From Ginglymostoma cirratum (Eukaryota): a stretch of 64,000 bases of DNA. The position numbers and the translations under genes are program-made. Location of the stretch: assembly GCA_024137785.1 (NCBI GenBank), contig JAHRHZ010000058.1, positions 18,466,215 through 18,530,214 of the forward strand, read 5' to 3'. Shown here piece by piece: positions 62,471 through 64,000 of the stretch. Numbering within the stretch: position 1 is the stretch's first letter; every line of letters starts with the position of its first letter. Below the pieces are notes generated by a model that saw only the letters and a program-made list of their open reading frames with translations, was not told the DNA's origin and did no database searches.

Positions 62471-64000
62471 AAATAGTTTGAGTTCACAGACTTTGTTTAC
62501 AGTATTTGACTGAAATATCAGTTTTTTTTTGTTCTGATTAGGAAAATCTTTTCTCAGCTGTTCTACTAAGAATTCTACAAGTTTCCTTCAGCAGTAGACA
62601 GGCATTTCTTTTCTTTCTGACCATTCGGTCACGTAGTTCACCCCACGGGATTCACATGTAGCCATTCCCATATCTCTCCTTTCGAATGGAGTAGGAGGAA
62701 GAGGAAATGAGAGAAACATGTTGGATAAGATTACACTGAGGCAGAGGGCCAGAGTCTGTTCCTTCAGGAGGACCATAAAAGGCACTGTGCGTCCTGGTGC
62801 AATCTGACCTTCAGTCTTCTTTTAAAGGCAAATAGACACATTGGAATACATCATATCACAAAGTCTTGTTGCTGCATAAATATTGACACAAAAATATATT
62901 TCTGAATATTAACAGTAAAGTTATTTCAGCTTCTCATTTAATCTTCCTTGTTCCAATTGGAGAAACCATAATTGCAAGGTGCTTCTTTCTTCACTACTGC
63001 TGTAACTACTGCCTTTCTTACTCTTCCCTACTCTTATTGACACTGTCCTGGAGGTGGTCTTCTGGTGTACTTGAGTTGCCAGTGGTGCATGGCAGCAATT
63101 TGATATCATGAACCTCTTGAGGCTATGGGCTTGAGTGCTGAGACTATCTACGCAGCCCCTATCTACACTGCTTGCTACACAGCAATGCAGCTATTTGAAA
63201 GGCTTGGTCTCCAATTCCTGATATCTACATAACTAGATATCTGAGGAGGCTGAATGAGAAATTTACACGAGCTGCCATTAGGCCAGTTTCACAAAGGTGC
63301 ATTTTAATAAGTGATATAAGGTGCACACAGCCTTAGGCCAAGCCGTTCTCTTAGACTGATACTCCAGTCACATCGAACGCTGTTACAACTTTGCTGTCTA
63401 TTTCTGCCTTTTGAAGATTTTCCTTCATGATGTTATGAAGTTCATTTAACTTTTTTCTATTTAGAAGAGGACCCTAAATTATGTTAAATGTGTGCTCTAT
63501 GGGGATAGTGAATGAATGAATATCACATAGGCAGATATTTCAAGGAAAGCAACTTCTCTGGTCACTCTGATGCGGACAAAACGGAAGTTTACGTTTCATT
63601 ATCCAAAACTTTATCTGAAAATCTGGATGTAAAACTCCTATGTTTAGACTTCACCATGTTTCCCCGCTGTCTGAACCCACAGTGCACCCATCCTTTGAAA
63701 GGTTTTTCTTGTCTTTGTGTGATGTTAATGAGGCGCATTTTTCAAACTGGTACACTGCAACTGAGTAGTGTGGATGGGTGTGATCCAATTTCTAAGCCTA
63801 ATTTTGTAATAGTCTGAATGGTGGAAATGTAATGAGAATAGAGCTGTCAGTATTTACTGCCATTATTTATTGAAACTAGTTGCAACTTCTGCATCCACAT
63901 GTGCTACTAAACATGGAAATCTGGGGCTGTTACCAACAATTTCTCCATTCCTTCTCATGGTGCATTATTGAAGTTCTTGCAGATAGTATTCCTGAAAATC

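Noticed and set aside
54923-63109. Protein-looking minus-strand ORFs at 54923, 57479, 57951, 62588 and 62921
   Set aside because: No recognisable domain and no consistent splice or phase chain; lengths are within chance expectation.
1-64000. CRISPR arrays, operons or prokaryotic defence systems
   Set aside because: The sequence is spliced vertebrate DNA. No regularly spaced repeat-spacer array was seen, and the palindromes are PLE ends.

Overview
Vertebrate genomic DNA, almost certainly a shark: it carries HE1 SINEs, shark-type CR1 and Penelope families and a divergent but clear laminin. It is not prokaryotic, and most entries in the ORF track are noise or transposon debris. Positions 1-17 kb hold the last eight exons of laminin gamma-1 (LAMC1, + strand; splice phases join into one open frame to the stop at 14548) and a ~2.4 kb 3' UTR with miR-29 and Pumilio sites and several poly(A) signals. 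Positions 17-64 kb are repeat-dominated: CR1 and L2 LINE remnants, HE1, LF-SINE-like and Deu-type SINEs, a full-length decayed Ty3/Gypsy element (46653-51091), a Harbinger transposase relic and many Penelope-like element (PLE) ends. The main signal is about a dozen minimal hammerhead-ribozyme motifs from at least three PLE families. Many sit in 90-230 nt inserts or head-to-head palindromes with their own target-site duplications (TSDs), and their truncation or inversion points repeatedly fall a few bases 5' of the ribozyme core. Also seen: a locally templated inverted insertion (28.3 kb copied from 27.2 kb), an orphan promoter/first-exon candidate at 23.5 kb, and exon-like segments on the minus strand. 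Family names come from recalled consensus features, not from a database search, and repeat boundaries are approximate.
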